The position numbers and the translations under genes are program-made. From IMG/VR virus record IMGVR_UViG_3300027719_000035, positions 1-36,595 of that record: DNA of 36,595 nt, one strand, 5' to 3'. The DNA comes from a virus. Its lineage: Duplodnaviria > Caudoviricetes. Below, piece by piece: positions 16,685-24,774 of this stretch (positions are counted from its first letter, which is position 1; each line of letters begins with the position of its first letter). The notes below the pieces were generated by a model that was not told where the DNA came from, ran no database searches, and saw only the letters and a list, made by a program, of their open reading frames with translations.

Positions 16685-18637
16685 TTACACCTCTTTCACT
16701 TCTAAAACTTCATTATCTGCTACACTCAACGTAATCAATTGACAATCCATATCAGGCACATTGAAACTATTAATTCTTTCTGCGTTATCTAAAAATACAG
16801 GAACACTACAATCATAAATTTTTTGTAATGCGTTAATAATATCTAATTCTGCTAAAATCTTGTGTCCTGAATTCAATGCGGTAGTATAAGATTTTCCTTT
16901 AACCATAGGCTCACACACTTCATTGTAGCCACCATTAATCTGTCTTTCAAACAATTTCCATTTTACAACCTTAAAATGCTCGTTGATTTTATCGGAAAGA
17001 AGATTTACTTTTGCTTTGTTAAATTCTTCTAGTAAAAAGATTTCCTTTTCCGTAGTTGCAATTGATTGACCGATTGACCGTTGTTCTTCTTTGAGTTCTT
17101 CCACTCGTAGCCTTGCATTTTCTATTTCTTTTTTACCGTTTAAAGTATAATTGCAATCATCAATCTGACTTTGAATAATTCGTTTTTTAACTGCAACTTC
17201 TTCCTTTAATTTCTCAATATCCTTAACAGATTCTTCGGAAACGGAAAGGTCTTTTTGTAACTGTTCAATAACTGCCAATACGTCAAGATATTCCTTGCAC
17301 TCCATAACATCAAAATCTTTTTTAGGTAACTGATCAATTTTTGATTTGATTTCGTCAACTTGCTTTTGGCTATCGGAAACTTCTTTTTCTAAAGATGGAA
17401 TAAGTTTTTCGACTTCTGCAAATTCTGTTTTTAATTTTTCAATTCTTTTTACAAGACTTCCACCTTCAACATTAATTTCATGCATTTTCAATTTCTTATC
17501 TTTTTCAAAATTCTCACGCATTTCATTTTTTCTATCTGCGTCATAATCTTGACCGCAAGCCGAACAAACAGTTTTTGATTCATCAAATATCATTTCTTTT
17601 ATTTTGGTAAATTGTGATTGAAGTTTTTTCTTTTGTTCCGATTCGTATTCAACGTCTTTTTCAATCTGATTTTTTCTTGTAATAGAACTTGCTAAAATTC
17701 TAGTGTTATCTGAATGAAGTGATTCAGCATCTAATAAAGCCTGTTTTAATTCATTCTTATCTTTACTCGTTACCTGCTTCCAATTCATTTCAATTTCTTG
17801 CAACTTTGATTTTTCAGTTAAAATTTTACCTTTAATATCTGCAATTTCTTGATATTTAGATACCTGATCCGCACCAACTTCTGATATTTCTGCTAATTCT
17901 TTTCTAAGTCCTGCAAGTTTTATTTCCGTTTCCGTATAGTCAACTTCTACAATTTTTCGGCTAACTTCATCAATGCGTGATGGAATCTCAATTTCTTTTT
18001 TCTTCCATTCAGATAATGCTTTTTTATCTCTTGCAAGAATTTCATCATAGGAATATTTTGATAATTCAGCTTCAAGTCCTGCTTTTAATTTTTCATCTGC
18101 TGCAAGCACCTGTTCATTGTCAATATCTGCCACTAATTCAAATAAAGTTTTTCTTCTGTCCTTACTTGCTAAATTCATAAAAGCATTTGTGTTTGATACG
18201 AATTTAAAAATATCTTCACTAACCATTTCGTCTTTGAATTTCTTAAATTCTTTTTCACTTTTTGGAATTGTATTGACAACGTAACTATTTACATTACCTT
18301 CAAATGTTTGTTCTTCACTTCCTCTTTTTTTAACCCAATTTTGTTTCTGCACTTTCTCAATTTCAACAGGCTTTTCATTAATTTCCATGATCAATTTTAC
18401 GGAAATGTCAATAAAATCAATTTGATTTCCTTCTGCATCTTGTGGTCTAACATCAAACTTCGTATTGCCTTCTGAATCTTTTCCAAACAATACCCATGTA
18501 AACGCATCGTTGATAGTAGTCTTTCCTGCTTCATTCTTTCCCTTTACAGACGTTCTGTGATAAAAGTCAATATCTTTTTCCTTACAACCTTTAAAGTTCC
18601 TTATTTCCATTTTTAACAACTTCATAACTGTTCCCAT
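16685..18637 (-). CDS. Rad50/SbcC-like coiled-coil ATPase
   Basis: 'NFKG', Walker A 'GKNEAGKT', zinc hook 'CSACG', signature 'LNSG', Walker B 'VFLDNAE'. Confidence 0.9.
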   Translation of the reverse strand: MGTVMKLLKMEIRNFKGCKEKDIDFYHRTSVKGKNEAGKTTINDAFTWVLFGKDSEGNTKFDVRPQDAEGNQIDFIDISVKLIMEINEKPVEIEKVQKQNWVKKRGSEEQTFEGNVNSYVVNTIPKSEKEFKKFKDEMVSEDIFKFVSNTNAFMNLASKDRRKTLFELVADIDNEQVLAADEKLKAGLEAELSKYSYDEILARDKKALSEWKKKEIEIPSRIDEVSRKIVEVDYTETEIKLAGLRKELAEISEVGADQVSKYQEIADIKGKILTEKSKLQEIEMNWKQVTSKDKNELKQALLDAESLHSDNTRILASSITRKNQIEKDVEYESEQKKKLQSQFTKIKEMIFDESKTVCSACGQDYDADRKNEMRENFEKDKKLKMHEINVEGGSLVKRIEKLKTEFAEVEKLIPSLEKEVSDSQKQVDEIKSKIDQLPKKDFDVMECKEYLDVLAVIEQLQKDLSVSEESVKDIEKLKEEVAVKKRIIQSQIDDCNYTLNGKKEIENARLRVEELKEEQRSIGQSIATTEKEIFLLEEFNKAKVNLLSDKINEHFKVVKWKLFERQINGGYNEVCEPMVKGKSYTTALNSGHKILAELDIINALQKIYDCSVPVFLDNAERINSFNVPDMDCQLITLSVADNEVLEVKEV

Positions 18638-18646
18638 TTTTTTTCC

Positions 18647-19252
18647 TTAACCTTTCGCATTTACAATTTTTACATAACATTCATTTCCATATTTTTTTAT
18701 AAATTCTTTACCTGCCTGATCTGATTCCATGAAAATATCAATGCATTCTTCATTCTCAATCGTTCCTTTTCCATTAGTGGAAGTTCTGCCATAGCCTGTA
18801 TCATAAATTTCAAAATATCCGATTAACTGTCCGGAATAGGAATAAACAATTGCGGTCTGTCCGATATAATTTTTATTATATGAGCAAATTCCATATCTAG
18901 GCATTTTACCATTCGCACATTTATTACCTGTTTCTAAATAATATGTCATTTCTAAGGCTCTAAAATCGTTTTTAAGCAATGTTTCTTTATTTTCGGTAAC
19001 TTCTTCACTAATTACAGTATCGGCTTGTTTTGGCAATGAATTCGCATGACTTTCGCTATGTGACATAAACCAAACGAATAAACCAATTAAAATGCCTAAA
19101 CCGAATGAAATAAGTGTTGTAATACGTTTTGCTTTGCGATTGACTCTAAATGTGTATTCTTCGGCTTTTTCAACTTCAATATTTTTGAAATGAATACTTT
19201 TCAATTCTTTTCCTGGAATATTCCCAATTTCCATTAAATCTAATTTAATCAT
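18647..19252 (-). CDS. Membrane-anchored 3D-domain (MltA-like) putative peptidoglycan hydrolase
   Basis: TM helix 'ITTLISFGLGILIGLFVWFM'; 'MTYY..TG..CANG', 'YDTG', 'CIDIF'. Confidence 0.7.
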   Translation of the reverse strand: MIKLDLMEIGNIPGKELKSIHFKNIEVEKAEEYTFRVNRKAKRITTLISFGLGILIGLFVWFMSHSESHANSLPKQADTVISEEVTENKETLLKNDFRALEMTYYLETGNKCANGKMPRYGICSYNKNYIGQTAIVYSYSGQLIGYFEIYDTGYGRTSTNGKGTIENEECIDIFMESDQAGKEFIKKYGNECYVKIVNAKG

Positions 19253-19268
19253 CTTTTTCCTTCTTTCT

Positions 19269-19481
19269 CTAAAATTTAATATCAGACAATCCAACTCCGT
19301 AAATCTCACATAATTTGCAGATTTCTGATATTCTTAACGTGTTACAATCCGTTCCCTTTTCCGCTCGTTTAATGCGATCCACTGTAATATTACTAAACTC
19401 ACTTGCTTGCGTTTGCGTTAGTTCTGCGTTTACTCTTGCAGCCTTTAACGACATTTTTTTGCTTTCTTCTGTTTCTTTCAA
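19269..19481 (-). CDS. Cro-like XRE HTH regulator (TTG start)
   Basis: 'SLKAARVNAELTQTQAS...RAEKG...LCEIYGV..SDI.F'; SD GAAAGGAG. Confidence 0.88.
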   Translation of the reverse strand: MKETEESKKMSLKAARVNAELTQTQASEFSNITVDRIKRAEKGTDCNTLRISEICKLCEIYGVGLSDIKF

Positions 19482-19507
19482 GATTATTTCTCCTTTCTTT
19501 CTTATTT

Positions 19508-19681
19508 TTACAAATAAACACGTTCCATATTTTTGTTGTAAATGTAAATATCTTTTTTGGCTATCCCTAATTTATCGACTTCATCAAGTGCTTTTTTAAA
19601 CGTCATATTTTTTCTAGTGATAATATGATTATTTAAATACATTTTAAAATCAGGACAATTATCAAATATAATTGCTATCAT
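19508..19681 (-). CDS. Hypothetical early protein (start reassigned to MIAIIF)
   Basis: ATG following a structured leader. Confidence 0.55.
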   Translation of the reverse strand: MIAIIFDNCPDFKMYLNNHIITRKNMTFKKALDEVDKLGIAKKDIYIYNKNMERVYL

Positions 19682-19730
19682 AATTTTACTTTCTGACGGT
19701 TTAAGGTTGACCGTCAACCGTGTGATTTAA

Positions 19731-19877
19731 TTACCAGCTTCTACCATTTTTAACTTCATTTATATCATTTTCAGCACATTCTATATATTTTACTTTTCTT
19801 TCTTCTCCCTCATAAATTGCTTTTACTTTCAATAATTTTTCTTCGTAGTATCTAATTAATTGTTCTTGTGTTTTCAT
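19731..19877 (-). CDS. 48-aa first early protein (not in ORF track)
   Basis: MKTQEQLIRYYEEKLLKVKAIYEGEERKVKYIECAENDINEVKNGRSW; SD TAAGGAG. Confidence 0.75.
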   Translation of the reverse strand: MKTQEQLIRYYEEKLLKVKAIYEGEERKVKYIECAENDINEVKNGRSW

Positions 19878-19932
19878 GTTGTTTTCTCCTTATTTGCTTG
19901 TTTGCTTGTTTGCTGTTCTTTAACTTATCTTT

Positions 19933-19961
19933 ATTATATACTATGCAAAGTGTACTGTCAA
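19933..19961 (-). promoter_or_regulatory. Consensus sigmaA early promoter with a candidate operator
   Basis: TTGACA-N17-TATAAT; inverted repeat AAAGTGT-N7-ACACTTT (19947-19967) covers the -35 box. Confidence 0.88.
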
Positions 19962-20020
19962 CACTTTTTATTGCAATTTTACACTTTTTTATATTGTTTT
20001 TGATATATTTTTTTTACATT

Positions 20021-20054
20021 AAAAAAGACACCTAAAATTAATTAGATGCCTTTT
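20021..20054 (-). terminator. Intrinsic terminator (possibly bidirectional) ending the late operon and sRNA
   Basis: AAAAGGCATCTAA-TTAATT-TTAGGTGTCTTTTTT. Confidence 0.85.
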
Positions 20055-20098
20055 ACGAAAGGAGAAAAGGTGAGTGTTGTAAAGTTGGGAGGCTCTAC
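20021..20098 (-). ncRNA. Candidate ~78-nt sRNA displaying anti-Shine-Dalgarno motifs
   Basis: Own promoter, 5' hairpin with CCUCCCAA loop, CU-rich linker, terminator, no minus-strand ORF. Confidence 0.65.
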
Positions 20099-20104
20099 AA
20101 ATTC

Positions 20105-20133
20105 ATTTTATTACAAAATGATAATTATGTCAA
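20105..20133 (-). promoter_or_regulatory. sigmaA promoter overlapping the endolysin stop codon
   Basis: TTGACA (20133-20128)-N17-TAAAAT (20110-20105). Confidence 0.75.
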
Positions 20134-20946
20134 TTTTAATTGTGCAACGGTCTTAATGCCGACAATTCCATCAACAACTAAATTATGCGTTTTTTGGAAT
20201 TCTCTTACTTTTTGATTGGTAATTTTTCCAAATTTTCCATCAATCGTAATTTCTAGTTTTTGCTGTAACCACTTCACATCGTTACCAACCATCATTGGAT
20301 TGCGTAATTTCAATACCTGTATCGGGATAGGATAAATTTCCTTTTCCTTAACCGGAACAAAATCATCCTTGCTATTAAAGATATCCATAGTCGCACCGTT
20401 TACTAATCGGTTCAAATCTAACTTACCCGCATAACCATTTAAATAGCCTGATGAAGAATATTGCCATACATCGCAATCAAATGTCGGTTGCTTGCTTGAA
20501 TATTTCGGAATCCATATAAAATCTGCATCTGAAATATCAAGATTGAAATCTTTATAAAGATGATTTGCAACATAAATTCCAATCGGTTTATCCGTTAAAA
20601 CTCGCAACTGTTCAATATACTTTTCAATTCCTGACCGCATATCTTTCATTGTTTTTTCTTCTACATCTAAAACGTAAAAGTCAGGATTTTGATCCTTTGC
20701 ACGTTGATAGAATAGCCTTGCTTCGTTCTGCATCTCTGCAATACTTCTCCCTCTAGTCCATGCATACACTCCATAAGGCACTGCATACTGTTTCATTTTT
20801 GCAATGTGGTTTTTATATTCACGGTCAATTTGTTTGCTTCCATATTGCACCCTGATAATTGCCAATTCTAACTGTGCACAAAAAACAGAATAATTAATTT
20901 GTGCTGATGGTTGGTGGTGCGATAAATCTACTATGTATTTTTCCAT
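20125..20946 (-). CDS. Endolysin: GH25 muramidase plus PG_binding_1 domain
   Basis: 'VDLSHHQ', 'LDVEE', 'WQYSS', 'LDLN'; C-terminal 'DGKFG...FQKTHNLVVDGIVG..T'. Confidence 0.93.
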   Translation of the reverse strand: MEKYIVDLSHHQPSAQINYSVFCAQLELAIIRVQYGSKQIDREYKNHIAKMKQYAVPYGVYAWTRGRSIAEMQNEARLFYQRAKDQNPDFYVLDVEEKTMKDMRSGIEKYIEQLRVLTDKPIGIYVANHLYKDFNLDISDADFIWIPKYSSKQPTFDCDVWQYSSSGYLNGYAGKLDLNRLVNGATMDIFNSKDDFVPVKEKEIYPIPIQVLKLRNPMMVGNDVKWLQQKLEITIDGKFGKITNQKVREFQKTHNLVVDGIVGIKTVAQLKLT

Positions 20947-21005
20947 AATTTAACCCCTATCTATTTCTTTTCCGTGAATTTCTTCTTTGTGATTAATATC
21001 CATAG

Positions 21006-21197
21006 TTACTCCTTTTCTTTTACTCCATTATTCTGTTGCGTTCCAAAATAAAACGAAATAATAACAGTGAAAATTGTTAGAAAACTTTGTCCTGATATCA
21101 CTCCGATTACTGATAAATAACAAAAAACTACGGAAAATAAAATTGAAATAATACTTTTTACATTAATCATTTTTGCTAATCGTTCACTTACCTTCAT
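21006..21197 (-). CDS. Holin-like two-TM protein
   Basis: Two TM helices, 'VIISFYFGTQ'; directly upstream of the lysin. Confidence 0.8.
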   Translation of the reverse strand: MKVSERLAKMINVKSIISILFSVVFCYLSVIGVISGQSFLTIFTVIISFYFGTQQNNGVKEKE

Positions 21198-21307
21198 ACT
21201 TTACCTACTTTCTTAACCCTTTTTGGTTTCATTGTTTTTTTCTTAGTAACTGTTGTTGCTTGTGGTTCCTTCTTCTTCTTTCTCCTGATTACAATTGTTT
21301 GACCCAT
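21194..21307 (-). CDS. 37-aa highly cationic peptide (not in ORF track)
   Basis: MGQTIVIRRKKKKEPQATTVTKKKTMKPKRVKKVGKV; SD GGGGG; ATGA overlap with the holin start. Confidence 0.65.
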   Translation of the reverse strand: MGQTIVIRRKKKKEPQATTVTKKKTMKPKRVKKVGKV

Positions 21308-21605
21308 TTTCGACATCCCCCATCGTTCCGCTATTATAATTGTTTATTCCGTTTCCATCTTGTGTATATGTTACTGTTTCATATTCGTATGAATTAAATG
21401 TTTCAATCCATTGTTTGTTAATTAAATAAGCAAAAAAAGAAACAAAAATTATTGTAATTGATAAAATTACACAGACAGCAAACCACATTAAATCTCTTTT
21501 TCTGTCATTTTTATTGTATTCTTTTCTTTGCTCATTAATCATCTCAACTAATTCGATATTTGTTTTTTTATATACTTCTCCGATAACTTCATCTAACTCG
21601 CTCAT
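21243..21605 (-). CDS. Single-TM membrane protein in the lysis cassette
   Basis: Central TM 'LMWFAVCVILSITIIFVSFFAYLI', polar and acidic tail. Confidence 0.75.
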   Translation of the reverse strand: MSELDEVIGEVYKKTNIELVEMINEQRKEYNKNDRKRDLMWFAVCVILSITIIFVSFFAYLINKQWIETFNSYEYETVTYTQDGNGINNYNSGTMGDVENGSNNCNQEKEEEGTTSNNSY

Positions 21606-21624
21606 AATTCCCCCGAATCACAAA

Positions 21625-21951
21625 TTATTTTAATTGATACATGATATAACCAATAACAGCCATTATGACAAAGCTAATAATTTTGTCTAATATTTTATCC
21701 CATATCTTATCAACTTGCTTTAATGGCCTATTTTGTATTTCATTGATAGTAGCTTTTATTTCTCCTATCATCGTCATAATGGTTGCTAGGGACTTGTCGA
21801 TTGACTTGTCCCTTTCTTCCTTAACCGCATTAATCGTTCTAAGTGTTTCAAAATTATTATAAAATTTCTCATGCGTTTCTGAATTTTTTTTCATATCTTC
21901 TTCCAATTTAGCAAGTCGTACTTCATTTAAACATTTTTCACATTCAACCAT
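21625..21951 (-). CDS. Coiled-coil protein with C-terminal TM (XhlA/holin-associated type)
   Basis: Heptads then 'IISFVIMAVIGYIMY'; first gene after the tail module. Confidence 0.7.
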   Translation of the reverse strand: MVECEKCLNEVRLAKLEEDMKKNSETHEKFYNNFETLRTINAVKEERDKSIDKSLATIMTMIGEIKATINEIQNRPLKQVDKIWDKILDKIISFVIMAVIGYIMYQLK

Positions 21952-21960
21952 TTTATCCCC

Positions 21961-22890
21961 CTACGCATACTGTGGGAAGAACTTAACTTCCGGAACTCCC
22001 AAAGAACCTAAAGTTGTTACAGTTATAGTTTGCCCTGCATTAATTGGAATTGGCTGATAATTCGCATAACCAACTGTAATTGGTGGATTAATCTGAAATG
22101 TTTGTCCGTTTGAATGTTGTAATACCAAATACCCACTAGTTGCGGTAAACGTAGACTTAAACTGATACACTCCATCGCTAGGTGCTGTAAAAACTTGTCC
22201 AGGTGTTAATGATGTTGCAACTACTGTTCCTATGCCTACTGTTGCAGGTTTTTTTGCTAATATAATTTCATTTCCAATATTCACTTGTGTCCAATTACCA
22301 GGATGGTCTATGGGATTTTGTTTTAACGTAGTTGCACTTTTGCATCGATACATAAATCCATCTTTTGAATATCTAACAATATCGCCAACGGAATAATATG
22401 CAGAATCTGTATAAAGTGGCGCTTCATTTGTTTCAACACTTGAATAAACACCTGTCATATATATTGCTTTTTGAATAATTTCAGTAATATTTGTTGAACT
22501 TGCGTAATATTGTAATATTGGTAATTCGTAAACACCATTTGTTTCATAAAAATTAGCATTTTGTATCCAATCAGGTTCAACCGCTCCAACTTCTAACACT
22601 GATTTAAAAGAGATTGGAGTTTCTAAATCCGACAAATCTACTTTAATATATATCCATCCATAAAGCCCGCCTGAACTAGGCAACACTACTTGAATATTTT
22701 CTTCTAAAACTTCAAAATCTCCACCCTGAATAATACCTTTACCTGCTGTGATTTTAATAACGTTTGTACTTACTTGTGATAATACACATCCGCTTAAAAA
22801 TCCACTCTTTGTAAAAAATCTTTTTTGTAAATCTACATCGTTTTTTGGTAAAACTGTATGACCTTCATATCTTACTAAATTAATACTCAT
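21961..22890 (-). CDS. Baseplate/receptor-binding protein with CBM5/12-like module
   Basis: N-terminal baseplate-type domain; 'YSVGDIVRY..DGFMYRC......P.....W'; last tail gene. Confidence 0.75.
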   Translation of the reverse strand: MSINLVRYEGHTVLPKNDVDLQKRFFTKSGFLSGCVLSQVSTNVIKITAGKGIIQGGDFEVLEENIQVVLPSSGGLYGWIYIKVDLSDLETPISFKSVLEVGAVEPDWIQNANFYETNGVYELPILQYYASSTNITEIIQKAIYMTGVYSSVETNEAPLYTDSAYYSVGDIVRYSKDGFMYRCKSATTLKQNPIDHPGNWTQVNIGNEIILAKKPATVGIGTVVATSLTPGQVFTAPSDGVYQFKSTFTATSGYLVLQHSNGQTFQINPPITVGYANYQPIPINAGQTITVTTLGSLGVPEVKFFPQYA

Positions 22891-22892
22891 TC

Positions 22893-23930
22893 TTAATACC
22901 CCCACTTAATTTTTTTAGTTAGTTCTTTTCTGATTGCTCCGAAAATTAATGTCGTTGTTCCATTAATCTTTCTACCTGTTAATATTGATTGATATTGACT
23001 ACCATTATCAATTACGGTTACGGTTTGACCGATTTTTAAATCGTAAGGCTTTACCAAATCATCATCATTCATAACTTCTATTTCTATTAGATTATTATAC
23101 TCTGTTGGCTTTAATGTCGCAATAGCTTTTTCAAGTGCTACACTACTAAAAACCTCTCCGTCCCCGACTGTGACAGTTTCGGTTGTGAAAATTACAGGAA
23201 GAATCCTATCATCATCTACTGCGGAAACGGATGAATCTGTGTGTAAATAAAAAATCATACTTTGTGCTAAATTATCTTCATTTAACACAATCAATTTATT
23301 AATGCTCTCTTTCGCAATTCCAACTTCAATTTTTTTATCAATGATGTTTTGGAGTGTCGATTCAATTACCACATTTTCAGAAATATTTTTTGATATTTTG
23401 CACTCAATCTTTTTCTGCTGTGCGTTTAATTCAAAATCAACTACGATTCCATGTTTTAAAAAAGCATTGTAAATTACATTTTTAAAAAAATTGTCAATCG
23501 GATTTTCAATAGAAAGTGATGTTCCTGAAGTGCCTGTATATGCATTTACTGTCAATCCTTGAATTACTTGTAAATAGTCCGTGTTGTCAATGTAATACTG
23601 TTTTAAATAGTCAGATATAAACCCTTCCATTGTCTTTGTTTTTAATTGTGTAGGATCTAATAATATATCAATATTGCATATATCCATAATATCCTTGAAT
23701 GATACTGTAACTTCTTGTTGTTCAATCTCTATGTTTGTTACAATTCCATTTACAGTAATATTATCATGACTAATGCGGATATACCCCCCAATATCTGCTA
23801 CGATATTGGGGGCACTAATTTTATTTTTTACAACATCAAGGTAATCAAAATTAATGTCAATTTCTTTTACTTGTGTGGATGATAAGTATTCAAATGTTTG
23901 CGAAAACAATTCTACATTATACACTTTCAT
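22893..23930 (-). CDS. Baseplate hub / Tal-like protein (ReqiPepy6 gp37-like)
   Basis: Position after Dit; 'NKLIV', 'DLKIGQTVTV', 'TLIFG'. Confidence 0.75.
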   Translation of the reverse strand: MKVYNVELFSQTFEYLSSTQVKEIDINFDYLDVVKNKISAPNIVADIGGYIRISHDNITVNGIVTNIEIEQQEVTVSFKDIMDICNIDILLDPTQLKTKTMEGFISDYLKQYYIDNTDYLQVIQGLTVNAYTGTSGTSLSIENPIDNFFKNVIYNAFLKHGIVVDFELNAQQKKIECKISKNISENVVIESTLQNIIDKKIEVGIAKESINKLIVLNEDNLAQSMIFYLHTDSSVSAVDDDRILPVIFTTETVTVGDGEVFSSVALEKAIATLKPTEYNNLIEIEVMNDDDLVKPYDLKIGQTVTVIDNGSQYQSILTGRKINGTTTLIFGAIRKELTKKIKWGY

Positions 23931-24747
23931 AGTTTAACCATCCTTCCACAATTACATTTAAAGCGGTTGCTCCTTCATGCGTAAAACCTATTTTATTCTC
24001 GCCATTTTCTAACAAGATAAATCTTTTTGTACTAAAGTCGGAGTATTTATAACAATCTTCTATCACATTCATAAATGCATCATATTTCTTGATGGAATAA
24101 GGCACTTTTGTGGTGTCGATTATAAACCTTTCCCCTTCCGCCAAAGAACGAGTAATTTTACCATTTGCAATATATTCTCCATTTACAAAATGTGACCATG
24201 AAGGATTCACACATGGACCCATAATAGTGATTTTGCAACCACTATCCAAAGAAGTATCACTATCCAATGTTACTGTACCACTTGCACTGTTTGTATAGGT
24301 GTATGGATATGTGTAATTATAAGTTTTTCCACTGCCAATGTCGGGATCGGATTCTTTTAAAAGTATCTTATAAAAACAACTAAGTCCAATAAATGATACA
24401 TCGCATTGTAGACAACCGCCTTCTAATTCTTTTTTCTCTATTTCTTCAATTTTTACACTAATATAAAACGGATCACTTATACCAGGTACTTCATAACTTA
24501 ATGTAAGCGGTGTTTTTTGAGTAAACTTTACAAAATCATTGTAGATTAAATAACTCGAGAACTTAATTACTCCTGATGGTTTTGGTTGTTCAATCTCTGA
24601 TTTGATTTCTAAAAATACATTTGAAACTGTTTCAAAATCAAAATCATAAGCAAACCCCATGCCATCTATTTGTTCGTAAAAACTATCTAAACTGTTCAAA
24701 TCCCAAATAACACCGCTTGCATTTTTTAATGTAAATTTTCTAATCAT
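23917..24747 (-). CDS. Distal tail protein (Dit)
   Basis: Follows tape measure; 'ITIMGPCVNPS', 'FILLENGENKI'. Confidence 0.8.
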   Translation of the reverse strand: MIRKFTLKNASGVIWDLNSLDSFYEQIDGMGFAYDFDFETVSNVFLEIKSEIEQPKPSGVIKFSSYLIYNDFVKFTQKTPLTLSYEVPGISDPFYISVKIEEIEKKELEGGCLQCDVSFIGLSCFYKILLKESDPDIGSGKTYNYTYPYTYTNSASGTVTLDSDTSLDSGCKITIMGPCVNPSWSHFVNGEYIANGKITRSLAEGERFIIDTTKVPYSIKKYDAFMNVIEDCYKYSDFSTKRFILLENGENKIGFTHEGATALNVIVEGWLNYESV

Positions 24748-24774
24748 TTAATTTCTCCTTTTCTTTTTATTATA

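Noticed and set aside
20070-20156. Plus-strand 28-aa ORF (GTG start after AAAGGAG) as a type I toxin antisense to the sRNA
   Set aside because: No convincing plus-strand promoter, the terminator hairpin lies directly upstream, and the ORF runs into the lysin gene; kept only as a weak alternative reading
21961-22905. Diversity-generating retroelement or invertible tail-fibre system
   Set aside because: No reverse transcriptase, invertase or duplicated template of the receptor-binding gene seen
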